Assembly: GCA_050728715.1 (NCBI GenBank)
Contig: JBOHJT010000001.1
Span: forward strand, 1 to 49,284
Length of the DNA stretch: 49,284 bases
Origin: Methylocella sp.
GTDB taxonomy: Bacteria > Pseudomonadota > Alphaproteobacteria > Rhizobiales > Beijerinckiaceae
Reading direction: 5' to 3'
Within the stretch, counting starts at the first letter, position 1; each line of letters begins with the position of its first letter. A program made the position numbers and the translations under genes. The notes beneath the pieces are model-generated. The model did not search any database. It was not told the DNA's origin and saw only the letters and a program-made list of their open reading frames with translations. This document shows positions 39,461-49,282 of the stretch, in pieces.

Positions 39461-39787
39461 GTGACGGAAGCAGATTGGGAGGACGTTGAGAGGCAAGAAC
39501 GCCGCGATGGCCGGCTACCGGAAGGCAGCCCAACGCGCAAGCGCAGCGTTGCCGGTCAACGACCTCACTATCTCGACCTTGAAGAGGCCCGTCAGCTTCT
39601 TGCCGAGATGAATATTCACCTGACCCCACGCCAGATAAAGCGCTCGTCAGACATGGACGCGAAAGGAAAGCGCAAGCTGCCCTGGTTCATCGATCCCATC
39701 GAGGGACGGCTCAAAATCGAGAGGAACGCGCTACTAAGCGCTTATTTCAATAGACAGGTCGAAGCGGAGCGCAATTGTGATCTCTAG
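39461..39787 (+). CDS. Putative excisionase-like DNA-binding protein
   Basis: YLDLEEARQLL...KLPWF; small, charged, located between the mob and int genes. Confidence 0.55.
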   Translation: MTEADWEDVERQERRDGRLPEGSPTRKRSVAGQRPHYLDLEEARQLLAEMNIHLTPRQIKRSSDMDAKGKRKLPWFIDPIEGRLKIERNALLSAYFNRQVEAERNCDL

Positions 39788-39836
39788 TGGATGAAATCCG
39801 ACGCTCGTTACCCGCGACGACAAATTACCGCCCGCT

Positions 39837-41327
39837 TCAACTTAGCCCACCGGCTTTGCTCTTCTCGTCTATGTCGTCGAGTTGCCGGCTTCGTTCGCGG
39901 CGCCATAGTTCGTTGATCACCTCATTGGCGGCAAGGGTGCCGATCAAGGCGAGATAGGCGAGCGCCATCAGCCACTCCTTGCTGTAAAGGTACCCGAGAA
40001 CGGCCAACCCGAAGGCCACTCCGCATCCCGCTACCCGTCCACCCTCCTTCAACCTGTGAGGCAAGGCGAACAGATACCAGCGAGCGACTGATCTCCTTTC
40101 TGCTATTGCCCAGCGGTCTTTGTCATCGGAGCGAGGCGCGTATTTGGGGTCGGAAAAGACTTCGGAAATCCCCTTTCCGATCAGGCGTCTCGTGTTGAAG
40201 TCGATACAGGCGATGGCAAACATGATGATAGAGGTAAGAATGATGTTGTCGACGACGTAGGCGATAAACAAGTAGAGCCCCAGAAAGGCAGCGACGGAGA
40301 GCGCGATACCCGCGCGAGTCCGCGGGCCTCCCCACTGATCGGGGACACGCCCTTGAGGAAATAATTTTCGACCGATTTTCATCTCGTCCCTTACGCTTTT
40401 CCGGCTCAGCCAGTAGACGACGCCCAGGAGCACCGCCAACAAGCACGGCAGCACAAGGTGCAAACCGGCTTCGGTCAGGGTGTGATCACTGCTGCTCCGA
40501 TACGCCCGGACCTTATTCCAAACGATAGCGACGACAGCTATTCCTCCAACGCGAATATAAATGTCGTCCAACAGCTGCAGGAAGCCTTCTATTTTTCTCG
40601 GGTCTTCCTTTGCTGTGGACCACGTATAGGCATTGATAAGGCGGGACAAAATGCGGCGTTTCACATTCAGCTCCAGAATCAACTTCACTATGCCGTTGCT
40701 GCCGAATCCTGCTCCAGCAAGCTGTACCGCAGGCGCAAGGTTGCTCACGACGAGCCCCAGCGCGAGAATTCCCGCAATCGTCCAACCAGGGACGCTTTGC
40801 AGGGGGCGGCCGGGATACCAATCCAACGTAACAGCAGCATTAATTAGGCCAAGCGCCATGTGCGTCCCGAACAGGACGTGGATGAAAAGCAATACGCTGA
40901 CTGTTCCGATTTGTCTCCTCGAAAGCGCTGGGGTGAAAAAAAAGAACTGCACGAATACCGACAGCGCGGCAGCCATGTAGAGGACGTGTACCACACCAGC
41001 CGCCGTCAGCATGTGGTTCTTGACATGTGCCTCGGGCATATCCGAGAAGGTGTATGTCCAACTCAGGAGGCCCGCAGCGCCAAAACCAATTGCTAAGGAC
41101 AACAACATTGACCACGGGCGCCACCGCTCAAGATACCGGCCAATCAGATAGGATATAAGGGGAGAGACCAAACCGAGATCACCCCACATTCCAAAATGCC
41201 ACACAAAAGGAAGTCCGCGACCGATGCCGGCGGCCTGCATCTGCGAGACGGTCAGGATGTTATCTCGGTAGGCTAGCAAGGCTTGGAGGCCAACGAGACT
41301 CTCCATCAAAAGGAACGCGCACACCAT
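39837..41327 (-). CDS. Polytopic membrane protein of unknown function (start uncertain)
   Basis: Many hydrophobic segments within the 552-aa open frame; the first ~55 codons look non-coding. Confidence 0.72.
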   Translation of the reverse strand: MVCAFLLMESLVGLQALLAYRDNILTVSQMQAAGIGRGLPFVWHFGMWGDLGLVSPLISYLIGRYLERWRPWSMLLSLAIGFGAAGLLSWTYTFSDMPEAHVKNHMLTAAGVVHVLYMAAALSVFVQFFFFTPALSRRQIGTVSVLLFIHVLFGTHMALGLINAAVTLDWYPGRPLQSVPGWTIAGILALGLVVSNLAPAVQLAGAGFGSNGIVKLILELNVKRRILSRLINAYTWSTAKEDPRKIEGFLQLLDDIYIRVGGIAVVAIVWNKVRAYRSSSDHTLTEAGLHLVLPCLLAVLLGVVYWLSRKSVRDEMKIGRKLFPQGRVPDQWGGPRTRAGIALSVAAFLGLYLFIAYVVDNIILTSIIMFAIACIDFNTRRLIGKGISEVFSDPKYAPRSDDKDRWAIAERRSVARWYLFALPHRLKEGGRVAGCGVAFGLAVLGYLYSKEWLMALAYLALIGTLAANEVINELWRRERSRQLDDIDEKSKAGGLS

Positions 41328-41819
41328 AGGCAGCAAGGAAGGAGAGCTGTGGTCTGGAGGATCTCGTGCTGCCGCTTCGCTCGCGTCACAGTTTCCACCC
41401 GCCTGCGCCTCACGCAAGTCTTCTCGCGATCCACGAGGGCCAACCCTCATACTATGGAATTTACTATGGAATTCGCAGGGCCATCGCCGCTTCACGTCTC
41501 ATGATTCTCCGGAGCGATTGTTACGTCAATGCATCACGTCACGGTCTTCGGGATTCGCCCCATGTGCGGTATACTCAAGTCCGCTTCTGGCGCACTGAGC
41601 CTGCACCCTTTGGTGCCCTATCGGTCGAGTACCAAGCGTTTTGTTTTAGACTAGCACAGTCGAGCATCCGGCCTCGGAGCCGCCCGGCCATCACGGGAGC
41701 ACGAAGACCTGAAAAGTGTCTGTTTGCACCAGCGGGAGGAAGCACAAAGCAATATTAGAACGCAGTAATGATTGCAGATAACCTTGCTTAGCGCGGTAGG
41801 TCTAACGTATTGTCCGCGT

Positions 41820-43028
41820 ATGGCAGATATAAGAAAAAGAAAAGGCCCAAAAGGTGTAAAGTATCAAGTTCGATACCCGACAAGCGAAACCAAGTCCGGC
41901 TATACATACGCGTCCTTTGACACGTTGAAAGAAGCCCGCGCCTTCTCTGAAAACCTCGGAAGTCTGCCCAAGCGCCCCTCGGCTGGCGTCATAACTATCC
42001 CGGAGGCTGTCACGCGCTGGCTTGATATTTGCGAAAAAATCGGCCGCGATGGCCGCGAGAAAGTCGAGCCGGAGACGTTCAAGGAGTATCGCCGTCGCGG
42101 ACGCGTGATTGAGGAATACGCATGGTCGAAGAATCTGCCGGAACTTGAACCGGCCGACGTCGTGCACTTCCGCAACTGGCTTTTACAAACAAAAAGCCGC
42201 GATTTGGCGCGGCGCACGCTTTCGTCGTTTCATTCGATCATAATAGAGATGAAGCATCAGGGTTTCATCAAGGACGACCCGGTCGCGCGCATCACCATTA
42301 AAGCCAGCGGGCGTTATGAAGATGAGGAGTCCGAGATCGAGATTCTGTCCGATAACGAGGTCAGGGCCATATATGCCGCCGCCGATATCATGGGCAACAA
42401 AAACGACTACATGGAGAAATGCTGGCGGCGCTATCGGCCGATGATCTATCTCGCCGGGTTCTCGGGCATGCGTCCCTCGGAAATTCGTGGGCTTGCGTGG
42501 CCGCAGATCGCTGAGACCGCAGTACACGTTAAACAGCGTGCAGATAAAACCGGCATTATCGGTCCCGTAAAATCGAAGGCCGGCAAGCGAACAATCTATC
42601 TGCCGCGCATCGTCACCGACATGGTGTTCGAGTGGCGGGAGTATTGTCCGGCCTCTCCGTACGATTTAATATTCCCAACTGATTCCGGCAGGCCGCAGGC
42701 TCTGAATAATTTCCGGGCGGGCGCCTGGCTGCCCTTGATGGAAGAGGCTGGGTTGATCAGGACGGAGACAATCGACGGCAAGCGCGTCCGGCGACCGATG
42801 TACTCCCCCTATGCCTTACGACACTACTACGCGAGCAAGCTGATCGAGAAGGGCAAGGATTTGAAATTCATTCAGAATGCGATGGGGCATTCGAAGATCG
42901 AGATCACGCTGAACATTTATGGGCATCTGCTCAAGGGGCGCGACGAGGCGCACAAGGGGACGGCGGAAGAGCTGGCAGCGGAGATTCTTGGGAAGCGTAA
43001 TCCCGCGTCAGCGGAGATACGAGCTTGA
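41820..43028 (+). CDS. Tyrosine recombinase/integrase
   Basis: GMRPSEI, KSKAG, YALRHYYAS, MGHS, IYGH; adjacent to the att core. Confidence 0.95.
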   Translation: MADIRKRKGPKGVKYQVRYPTSETKSGYTYASFDTLKEARAFSENLGSLPKRPSAGVITIPEAVTRWLDICEKIGRDGREKVEPETFKEYRRRGRVIEEYAWSKNLPELEPADVVHFRNWLLQTKSRDLARRTLSSFHSIIIEMKHQGFIKDDPVARITIKASGRYEDEESEIEILSDNEVRAIYAAADIMGNKNDYMEKCWRRYRPMIYLAGFSGMRPSEIRGLAWPQIAETAVHVKQRADKTGIIGPVKSKAGKRTIYLPRIVTDMVFEWREYCPASPYDLIFPTDSGRPQALNNFRAGAWLPLMEEAGLIRTETIDGKRVRRPMYSPYALRHYYASKLIEKGKDLKFIQNAMGHSKIEITLNIYGHLLKGRDEAHKGTAEELAAEILGKRNPASAEIRA

Positions 43029-43156
43029 CGACCGGGAGGCAGTGCGCCGACAAAAAATGGCCCATACGCAGCTAAAAGCAAACGAGGCTGCCTTGAGTTC
43101 TTGTGGCGTGTATGTGGCGAGTGCGATCTAACCATTTGTATATTCACGACTTTAAA

Positions 43157-43204
43157 CAGCCTTCCAAGCTGGCTATGGGGGTTCGATTCCCCTCACCCGC
43201 TCCA
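43157..43204 (+). other. att core: 3' part of tRNA-Gly(TCC)
   Basis: CAGCCTTCCAAGCTG anticodon arm, GGTTCGATTCC T-arm, CCCGCTCCA end; 5' half absent. Confidence 0.88.
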
Positions 43205-43267
43205 CTTGAAAAATCAATGGGTTAGAGTCTATTGTTTTTCAGAATAGTGCCAAAAATAGCGATTTTC

Positions 43268-43356
43268 GCCACAAAATACCGGTCCTCTGTAACCCGCAGA
43301 AATCCCCAATTGTCTGTCCTGGACCGTCTCGGCCTGTGGCGAGTTTGTGGCGAATT
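43268..43356 (+). repeat. att-associated repeat D, copy 1
   Basis: 89 bp, colinear with 45568-45656; contains tandem TGTGGCG. Confidence 0.88.
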
Positions 43357-43433
43357 CAAACCGCCTCAACATGACTGCGCACTCCGGCCGGCTGCCTCCC
43401 ATATCAACGATTTTTTCAGCGGTCGTGGGATCG

Positions 43434-43535
43434 AATGCGGAGATTAGGAGGCGTAATCTCCGCATTCCAGGCGGAGATTAGCCTTGCCAATGCGGTGAAT
43501 AACCACCATAATCTCCGCAAAGGGTGCGGAGATTA
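43434..43535. promoter_or_regulatory. Operator-like array upstream of fic
   Basis: Five copies of GCGGAGATTA or its reverse complement, plus one degenerate copy. Confidence 0.75.
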
Positions 43536-44641
43536 TGCCAAGATATATTCATGAACTGCGGGATTGGCCCAAATTCGACTGGCGCCAAGACGCCCTAGCC
43601 AAGCTACTGGCCGCCGTGCGGCACCGGCAAGGGCGGCTTATTGGCCGGATGCAGGCGCTTGGATTCCCTCTGCGGGAGGAGGCCGTCCTTAAGACTCTCA
43701 CCGAGGACGTGCTCAAGTCTAGCGAAATCGAAGGCGAAATCCTCGACAAGGACCAGGTCCGGTCGTCAATCGCCCGACGCCTCGGAATGGAGGTGGGCGC
43801 TCTGCCACCTGCTGATCGCAACGTTGAGGGCGTTGTCGAGATGATGCTCGACGCGACGCAAAACTTCAAAACCGCATTGACCGCCGAGCGATTGTTCGGC
43901 TGGCACGCGGCGCTCTTCCCGACGGGACGCAGCGGCTTGAGCAAAATTATTGTCGGCGCATGGCGTGATGAAAAGTCAGGGCCGATGCAAGTTGTCTCCG
44001 GCGCTTATGGTCGCGAGAAGGTTCACTATGAAGCGCCCGCCGCCGGGCGGCTCGACACGGAAATGAAATCTTTCCTCGACTGGTTCAACGCCGGGGACAA
44101 CACCGATCCAGTAATCAAGGCTGCGCTCGCGCATCTTTGGTTTGTCACCATTCACCCTTTCGATGACGGCAACGGTCGTATCGCGCGCGCCATCGCCGAT
44201 ATGTCTCTCGCCCGGTCCGAAGACAGTCCGCAACGCTTTTACAGCATGTCCGCGCAAATCCGTCTGGAGCGGAACGCCTATTACGACATGCTTGAGGCAA
44301 CGCAGAAAGGCGATCTGGACATTACGCCCTGGCTTGAGTGGTTTCTCGGCTGCCTTGACCGCGCGTTCGACGGCGCGGAGAAAACATTGGCGGCAGTCTT
44401 TCAGAAGGCCGAGTTCTGGAAGAAACATGCGGCTGCGCCCCTTAACGAACGCCAGCGCGACATTCTCAATCGCCTGCTGGATGGATTCGATGGCAAGCTT
44501 ACGTCATCGAAATGGGCCAGGATTGAAAAGTGTTCGCCTGATACGGCGCTGCGCGACATCCATGATCTGGTTGCTCGAAATATCCTTAAAAAGGATGCCG
44601 GAGGCGGGAGAAGCACCAGCTATTCGCTTGCAGACAAATGA
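43535..44641 (+). CDS. Fic-family protein (DUF4172-type N-terminus, C-terminal HTH)
   Basis: HPFDDGNGRIAR; SSEIEGE inhibitory-type motif; DTALRDI. Confidence 0.95.
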   Translation: MPRYIHELRDWPKFDWRQDALAKLLAAVRHRQGRLIGRMQALGFPLREEAVLKTLTEDVLKSSEIEGEILDKDQVRSSIARRLGMEVGALPPADRNVEGVVEMMLDATQNFKTALTAERLFGWHAALFPTGRSGLSKIIVGAWRDEKSGPMQVVSGAYGREKVHYEAPAAGRLDTEMKSFLDWFNAGDNTDPVIKAALAHLWFVTIHPFDDGNGRIARAIADMSLARSEDSPQRFYSMSAQIRLERNAYYDMLEATQKGDLDITPWLEWFLGCLDRAFDGAEKTLAAVFQKAEFWKKHAAAPLNERQRDILNRLLDGFDGKLTSSKWARIEKCSPDTALRDIHDLVARNILKKDAGGGRSTSYSLADK

Positions 44642-44769
44642 AAGCGCATCGCGTAGAAGCCACCATCGCCGACGACGCTGAGGGTGACGAGAACCTTATA
44701 AGGTTCTGGCGGATCATGTGCTTACCTGACCGGCGAGCGGAGCCGCCCTGATGCGGCCCCGCGTAAGAG

Positions 44770-44955
44770 TTACGGTGTCGGCCGTTTCGAGCGGCTCGCA
44801 TCAAGCGCCTGTCTCAGACTTTCAAGGGCCATCAGCACTTCCTTGCGCTGCGCTTCGTAGAAGCCAATCGCGCGGACGGCTTGCTCAATAGCGTCTGCAG
44901 TTCGGCTTCGGTTCTGTATCTGGTCCGGTTCGTCATTGTCGTTCCTTTCGTCCAT
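44770..44955 (-). CDS. Small hypothetical protein
   Basis: 61-aa helical-looking ORF. Confidence 0.35.
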   Translation of the reverse strand: MDERNDNDEPDQIQNRSRTADAIEQAVRAIGFYEAQRKEVLMALESLRQALDASRSKRPTP

Positions 44956-45278
44956 GTTGTTGTTCACGGGCTTGGAACAGCGGCGGGCCAAACCGCACCC
45001 CTTGAGGGCCGCAACTTGCGTGAAGGAGCTTCACGCAAATCACCGGCAGAACGACACAGGACTGGAAGAAAACGAGACCGTTTGGAAACCGCCACGCGAG
45101 CGAGGAAAGCGGCGAATCGGAATGGCTATCGCAAGGACCTTGGCGGCTCGTCTGACTAAGATGCGCTTCGATCTGCGAGACCGTCCTGCTGCGACGGCAG
45201 ATAGGCTGAGCTCTGCACACGCGCGGATCGTTCTACTTTTGCCTTCCTGCAGGTATATCCGTCGGATACACTGCGCTC

Positions 45279-45460
45279 ATGACTAAGGATTCGGGGATTC
45301 GCATCAGGGTGCAGCGCGATCCGCAAGAAATATTCATTGACGTCTGCCGGGTGCGGGATAGGTCGGCAGCGCAGGTTCTTCGGGACTTCATGCGCAACTA
45401 TGTGAACCGCCACGAAAGCGCGCAGGCTGGGCACTTGCCGAGTAGATGCGCGTCCACGAG
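45279..45460 (+). pseudogene. Ribbon-helix-helix protein, probably truncated at the tRNA-Pro fragment
   Basis: KDSGIRIRV...AAQVLRDFMRNYV; the frame reads into the att-like sequence. Confidence 0.5.
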
Positions 45461-45463
45461 TAA

Positions 45464-45506
45464 TGGGTGCAAGGGGTCGCAGGTTCGAATCCTGTCACTC
45501 CGACCA
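45464..45506 (+). other. att-like 3' fragment of tRNA-Pro
   Basis: GGGTGCAAGGGGTCGCAGGTTCGAATCCTGTCACTCCGACCA; 5' half absent. Confidence 0.82.
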
Positions 45507-45567
45507 TTTCTAAATCAAAGACTTAGCTGAATATTATAGAAACAAATCGGCGAATTCGACGAAACTT

Positions 45568-45656
45568 GCCACAAAAAACCGGTCCGCTGAAACCCGCAGA
45601 AATCCTCGATTATCCGTCTTGGTCCGCTTCGGCCTGTGGCGAGCTTGTGGCGAATT
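45568..45656 (+). repeat. att-associated repeat D, copy 2
   Basis: Colinear with 43268-43356 at an offset of 2300 bp. Confidence 0.88.
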
Positions 45657-45940
45657 TCTATTGTCGTCCGAGTATCACTCGTCGCTCATTCAGCGTCGCG
45701 GGGCCATGTGGCCCCGCAAAGGGCGTGGCTCCGCGTTTCACCCATCGCCGAGTAATTTGGTCTTTTGATTTCCAGCATTTTTTTATGTATGAAAATCCGC
45801 GTATTGCGCGGATTTTTAATAATGATTCCTTGCCGCCTCATGAATCATGTCGAACTTTCCGCCTTTAAAGCGGACAAGCGATCCGTGGGTTAGGCTTACC
45901 GAAATGAACGAGCGCTTCGGGCTGAATAGCAAGGCTAACT

Positions 45941-46165
45941 AGGTGTGGACTCATTAACGCGCAGCCATAGCCCGAGGTAAATTGGCTGCAAGCTTGTCGT
46001 AGCGCGGAGCGACGCGCCGACATTGCTTGAGCTTGATGTTCGCCCAAGTGCCGTGCCGGCAAGCTCCCTGAGATAGCAAGGTAGTGACGATGCGCTTGTC
46101 GTGTGCTTCGCCGGTCGTCAGTGCAAGCCGCACAGGCAATCCCTTCGTATCGACGACCGCGCCAC
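45941..46165 (-). pseudogene. IS5-family transposase remnant
   Basis: GLPVRLALTTGEAHD and KLKQCRRVAPRYDKLAAN fragments; end abuts CTAG. Confidence 0.75.
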
Positions 46166-46788
46166 GCGGCTTATTCGGAGCAGCCGCCTGGTGGCCACCC
46201 CTTCATAGTCAGAATGTTCATATCTCATGATTCAAAGCTCCGGTTGGAGAGCTTTAAATCACGTCCACTCCAGCGCCATCAATACCGAACCGACATTTAC
46301 GAGATTACCCGCTAAGCGGACATATCGCAGACATGACGGAATCGACGAGATTGACCCGAAGCTGCCATAGCAGCGTTACGGCGGGCAGTTCGTGCTTGGC
46401 CTTCGATGGCGGCCATTTTCATTTTCACACAGCTGACTGCTGGCTATGCTTCAACTCGCTTTTGATCACAACGGCAGCGGCACGCTCAAATTGCTCCCAA
46501 GCGCCTGGGATAATTGGCATCTTTAGCTTGCCGAAGCAATCACGCTCCGGCTCTAATTAGGGGTTGGGCTTATGTCAGCGGGGCGGGATCTGATGCCACC
46601 GGCCCCTTGGCTTTGTCCAGCAATCGACTTCGCGTGAGTGTGATGTGTTCGTTGTTACAAGCTTGATCGCTTGGCCAAGCGTCCGATAATGCTCGAAAGG
46701 CAAAGGGAAGGCACTTCAAGGGGAAAGCAATTGAACTTAATCTTCTTGCGTCAACAGGCTCGCGGACGGATCAGGCACCGCGGATCAA

Positions 46789-48155
46789 GAGCTACCACTG
46801 AATCTTGGTGACGGAAGGGGTCAGGCGGCAGCGGCTTGAGCTTTCGGCTTGACGACCTCAATTCCGTCGGTGAACCTTACACCGAGAATTATTTTCGGCA
46901 ACTGGTTGTGGCCATCGAGGCGACGCCAGTTTTTCTCGGCGGCCTCGGCCAGCTTGAAGATCATGGCGAGCGCGGTCTTGTTCGAGAGACATCCTTTGGA
47001 GCGCACTGTTCGGTGGCGGACCGTCGCGAATGAGCTTTCGATGGGGTTGGTCGTTCGCAGATGCTTCCAGTGCTCAGCCGGGAAGTCGTAGAAGGCAAGC
47101 AACGCGTCGCGATCCTTGATCAGGCACTCGACAGCCTTGTCGTATTTGACGCCCCAGGTTTCGATGAAGGCGTCGAACGCGGCGAGTGCATACTTCTTGG
47201 TCTCGGCCATCCAGATCTCCTGGAGCGCCTTCTTGGCCTTCGATTGCTGGCTCTTGGGCAGCTTGTTCAAGACATTGGCGGTCTTGTGCACCCAACAGCG
47301 TTGGCCGCGCGTCCTCGGCCACACCTCCTCGACCGCCTGCTAGAAGCCGAGGGCGCCGTCGGCGACCGCGAGCTCGGGTCCCATCGCAAGCCCCCGCCGT
47401 TTGAGGTCGAGGAGGAGCTCTTTCCACGATTGCGCGCTCTCGCGCACGCCGTCGATGAGCCCGACAAGTTCCTTTTTGCCTTCGGGCGTGGCGCCGATGA
47501 TCACCAGCAGGCACTGCGCGGCCTCCTCGAGCCGGGCTTGCACATGGATGCCGTCGACCCAGAAGTAAACGTAGCGTTTGGCCGAGAGATCGCGCTTGCT
47601 CCAACGCGTATGCTCGTCCGACCGGGCCTCCTTGAGCCGCCCGATGGTCGAGGCAGAGAGCCCGCCGGCATCCTTGCCGAGCAGTGCGATCAGCGCCTCC
47701 TCGAAATCACCGGTGGAGATGCCCTTCAGGTAGAGAATCGGGATCAGCACCTCTAGGCTCTTCGATCGGCGCGCATAGGGAGGCACCGCCTTCGCCGACG
47801 CGGTCACGCACGCGCGGGCACCGCACCGCGACTGCACCGATGCCGGTCACGATCTCGCGCTCGGGCAGATGCCCGTGGCGCACCAGTCGCCGGCGGCCAT
47901 CATCGGTCAACTTGTCGGTATGGGTGCTGACCCAAGCCGCAACCTCGGCTTCGACGGCCTGCCCCGATAGCGTTCTCGCGCCGTTGCGTAAAACCTCGGT
48001 CAGCGGATCGGAAAATGTTCCTGGCTGGGTTAGTTCGAAAACGTTAGTCTCGGTCACGGCGTATCACTCCTTCGGTGGAGAAGTGGAGGCGTTGAACACC
48101 CCCACGATACGCCGCCTTACCCTTTCATGCCGTCACCAGCTTTCGGCCTTAGCTC
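46789..48155 (-). mobile_element. IS256-family insertion sequence
   Basis: 26-bp imperfect terminal IRs (GAGCTA...TGGTGACGG); 9-bp TSD GCGGATCAA at 46780-46788 and 48156-48164. Confidence 0.95.
46821..48057 (-). pseudogene. IS256 transposase with a frameshifting deletion and a premature stop
   Basis: Split into three ORFs; frame break near 47790; TAG at 47340-47342; motifs WVDG, VADG, QRCWVHK, RTTNPIES. Confidence 0.93.
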
Positions 48156-48316
48156 GCGGATCAATGGCCGGTGTCGCTTGCGATCGAGCATGCGCGGCGC
48201 TCGATTCAGAGGCGGAAAGCTGCGCTGTCTCAAAAGCATGGTGGGAGGGACAGAGAACTCTCAGTACCGGCCAAAGAGACCATCTTGCCCCCCGGCTGAT
48301 ATTCCCCTCTCGGCCC

Positions 48317-49282
48317 TCATTTCGCCGCTGGAGGGTCGGGCAGAGGCGTGGTGAACCGGCCGCTCGCGTCCTTCTGGCAGATCGGCGCTTCGTGGGAGAG
48401 ATCGAGGCCATAGTCCTTGCCGAGGCCGGAGAGGTCATGGTCCGGCAGCCAGGCGCAGGCGATATCGAAAATGCTGCCTTGTGGGATGTCCAATATATCC
48501 CACAGGCGGGCGGTCTCGTCATTTGATCCGGTCAGCACGCGCGCGCCATCGGGGCTGAAGGCGACGGAAAAGACAGAGTTCTCATGCCCCTTGAAGGCGC
48601 GGATTTCGTTGCCCGTCGCGGCGTCCCACAGGCGGGCGGTGTTGTCCGTTGATCCGGTCAGCACGTGCGCGCCATCAGGGCTGAAGGCGACGGACTCGAC
48701 AGCGTTCTTATGCCCCTTGAAGGCGCGGATTTCCTTGCCCGTCGCGGCGTCCCACAGGCGGGCGGTCTTGTCCCTTGATCCGGTCAGCACGCGCGCGCCA
48801 TCAGGGCTGAAGGCGACGGACTCGACAGTGTTCTCATGCCCCTTGAAGGCGCGGATTTCCTTGCCCGTCGCGGCGTCCCACAGGCGGGCGGTGGTGTCTA
48901 ATGATCCGGTCAGCACGCGGGCGCCATCAGGGCTGAAGGCGACGGACTCGACAGTGTTCTCATGCCCCTTGAAGGCGCGGATTTCCGTGCCCGTCGCGGC
49001 GTCCCACAGGCGCGCGGTCTTGTCTCCTGATCCGGTCAGCACGCGCGCGCCATCGGGGCTGAAGGCGACGGAAAAGACAAAGTCCTCATGCCCCTTGAAG
49101 GCGCGGATTTCCTTGCCCGTCGCGGCGTCCCACAGGCGGACGGTGTTGTCCTGTGATCCGGTCAGCACGCGGGCGCCATCGGGGCTGAAGGCGACGGAAA
49201 CGACAACGTTTTCATGCCCCTTGAAGGCGCGGATTTCCTTGCCCGTCGCGGCGTCCCACAGGCGGGCGGTGGTGTCTAATGA
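48317..49282 (-). CDS. WD40-repeat protein, 3' part (5' end outside window)
   Basis: GH....SVAFSPDG..VLTGS.D.TARLWD units; frame stays open to the window edge. Confidence 0.95.
   Translation of the reverse strand, partial: SLDTTARLWDAATGKEIRAFKGHENVVVSVAFSPDGARVLTGSQDNTVRLWDAATGKEIRAFKGHEDFVFSVAFSPDGARVLTGSGDKTARLWDAATGTEIRAFKGHENTVESVAFSPDGARVLTGSLDTTARLWDAATGKEIRAFKGHENTVESVAFSPDGARVLTGSRDKTARLWDAATGKEIRAFKGHKNAVESVAFSPDGAHVLTGSTDNTARLWDAATGNEIRAFKGHENSVFSVAFSPDGARVLTGSNDETARLWDILDIPQGSIFDIACAWLPDHDLSGLGKDYGLDLSHEAPICQKDASGRFTTPLPDPPAAK

Larger units (their letters stand above)
1..43204. mobile_element. Integrative mobilizable/conjugative genomic island (left end outside window) ending at a tRNA-Gly att core
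   Basis: Integrase beside a tRNA 3' fragment; relaxase, MobC and coupling protein; defence and TA cargo. No VirB-type genes seen in the window. Confidence 0.8.

Noticed and set aside
43434..43535. Mini-CRISPR or iteron origin
   Set aside because: The 10-bp units alternate in orientation with short spacing, and no cas or rep gene is nearby.
43130..45506. Intact tRNA-Gly and tRNA-Pro genes
   Set aside because: The 5' acceptor strand and D-arm are missing in both; treated as att fragments.
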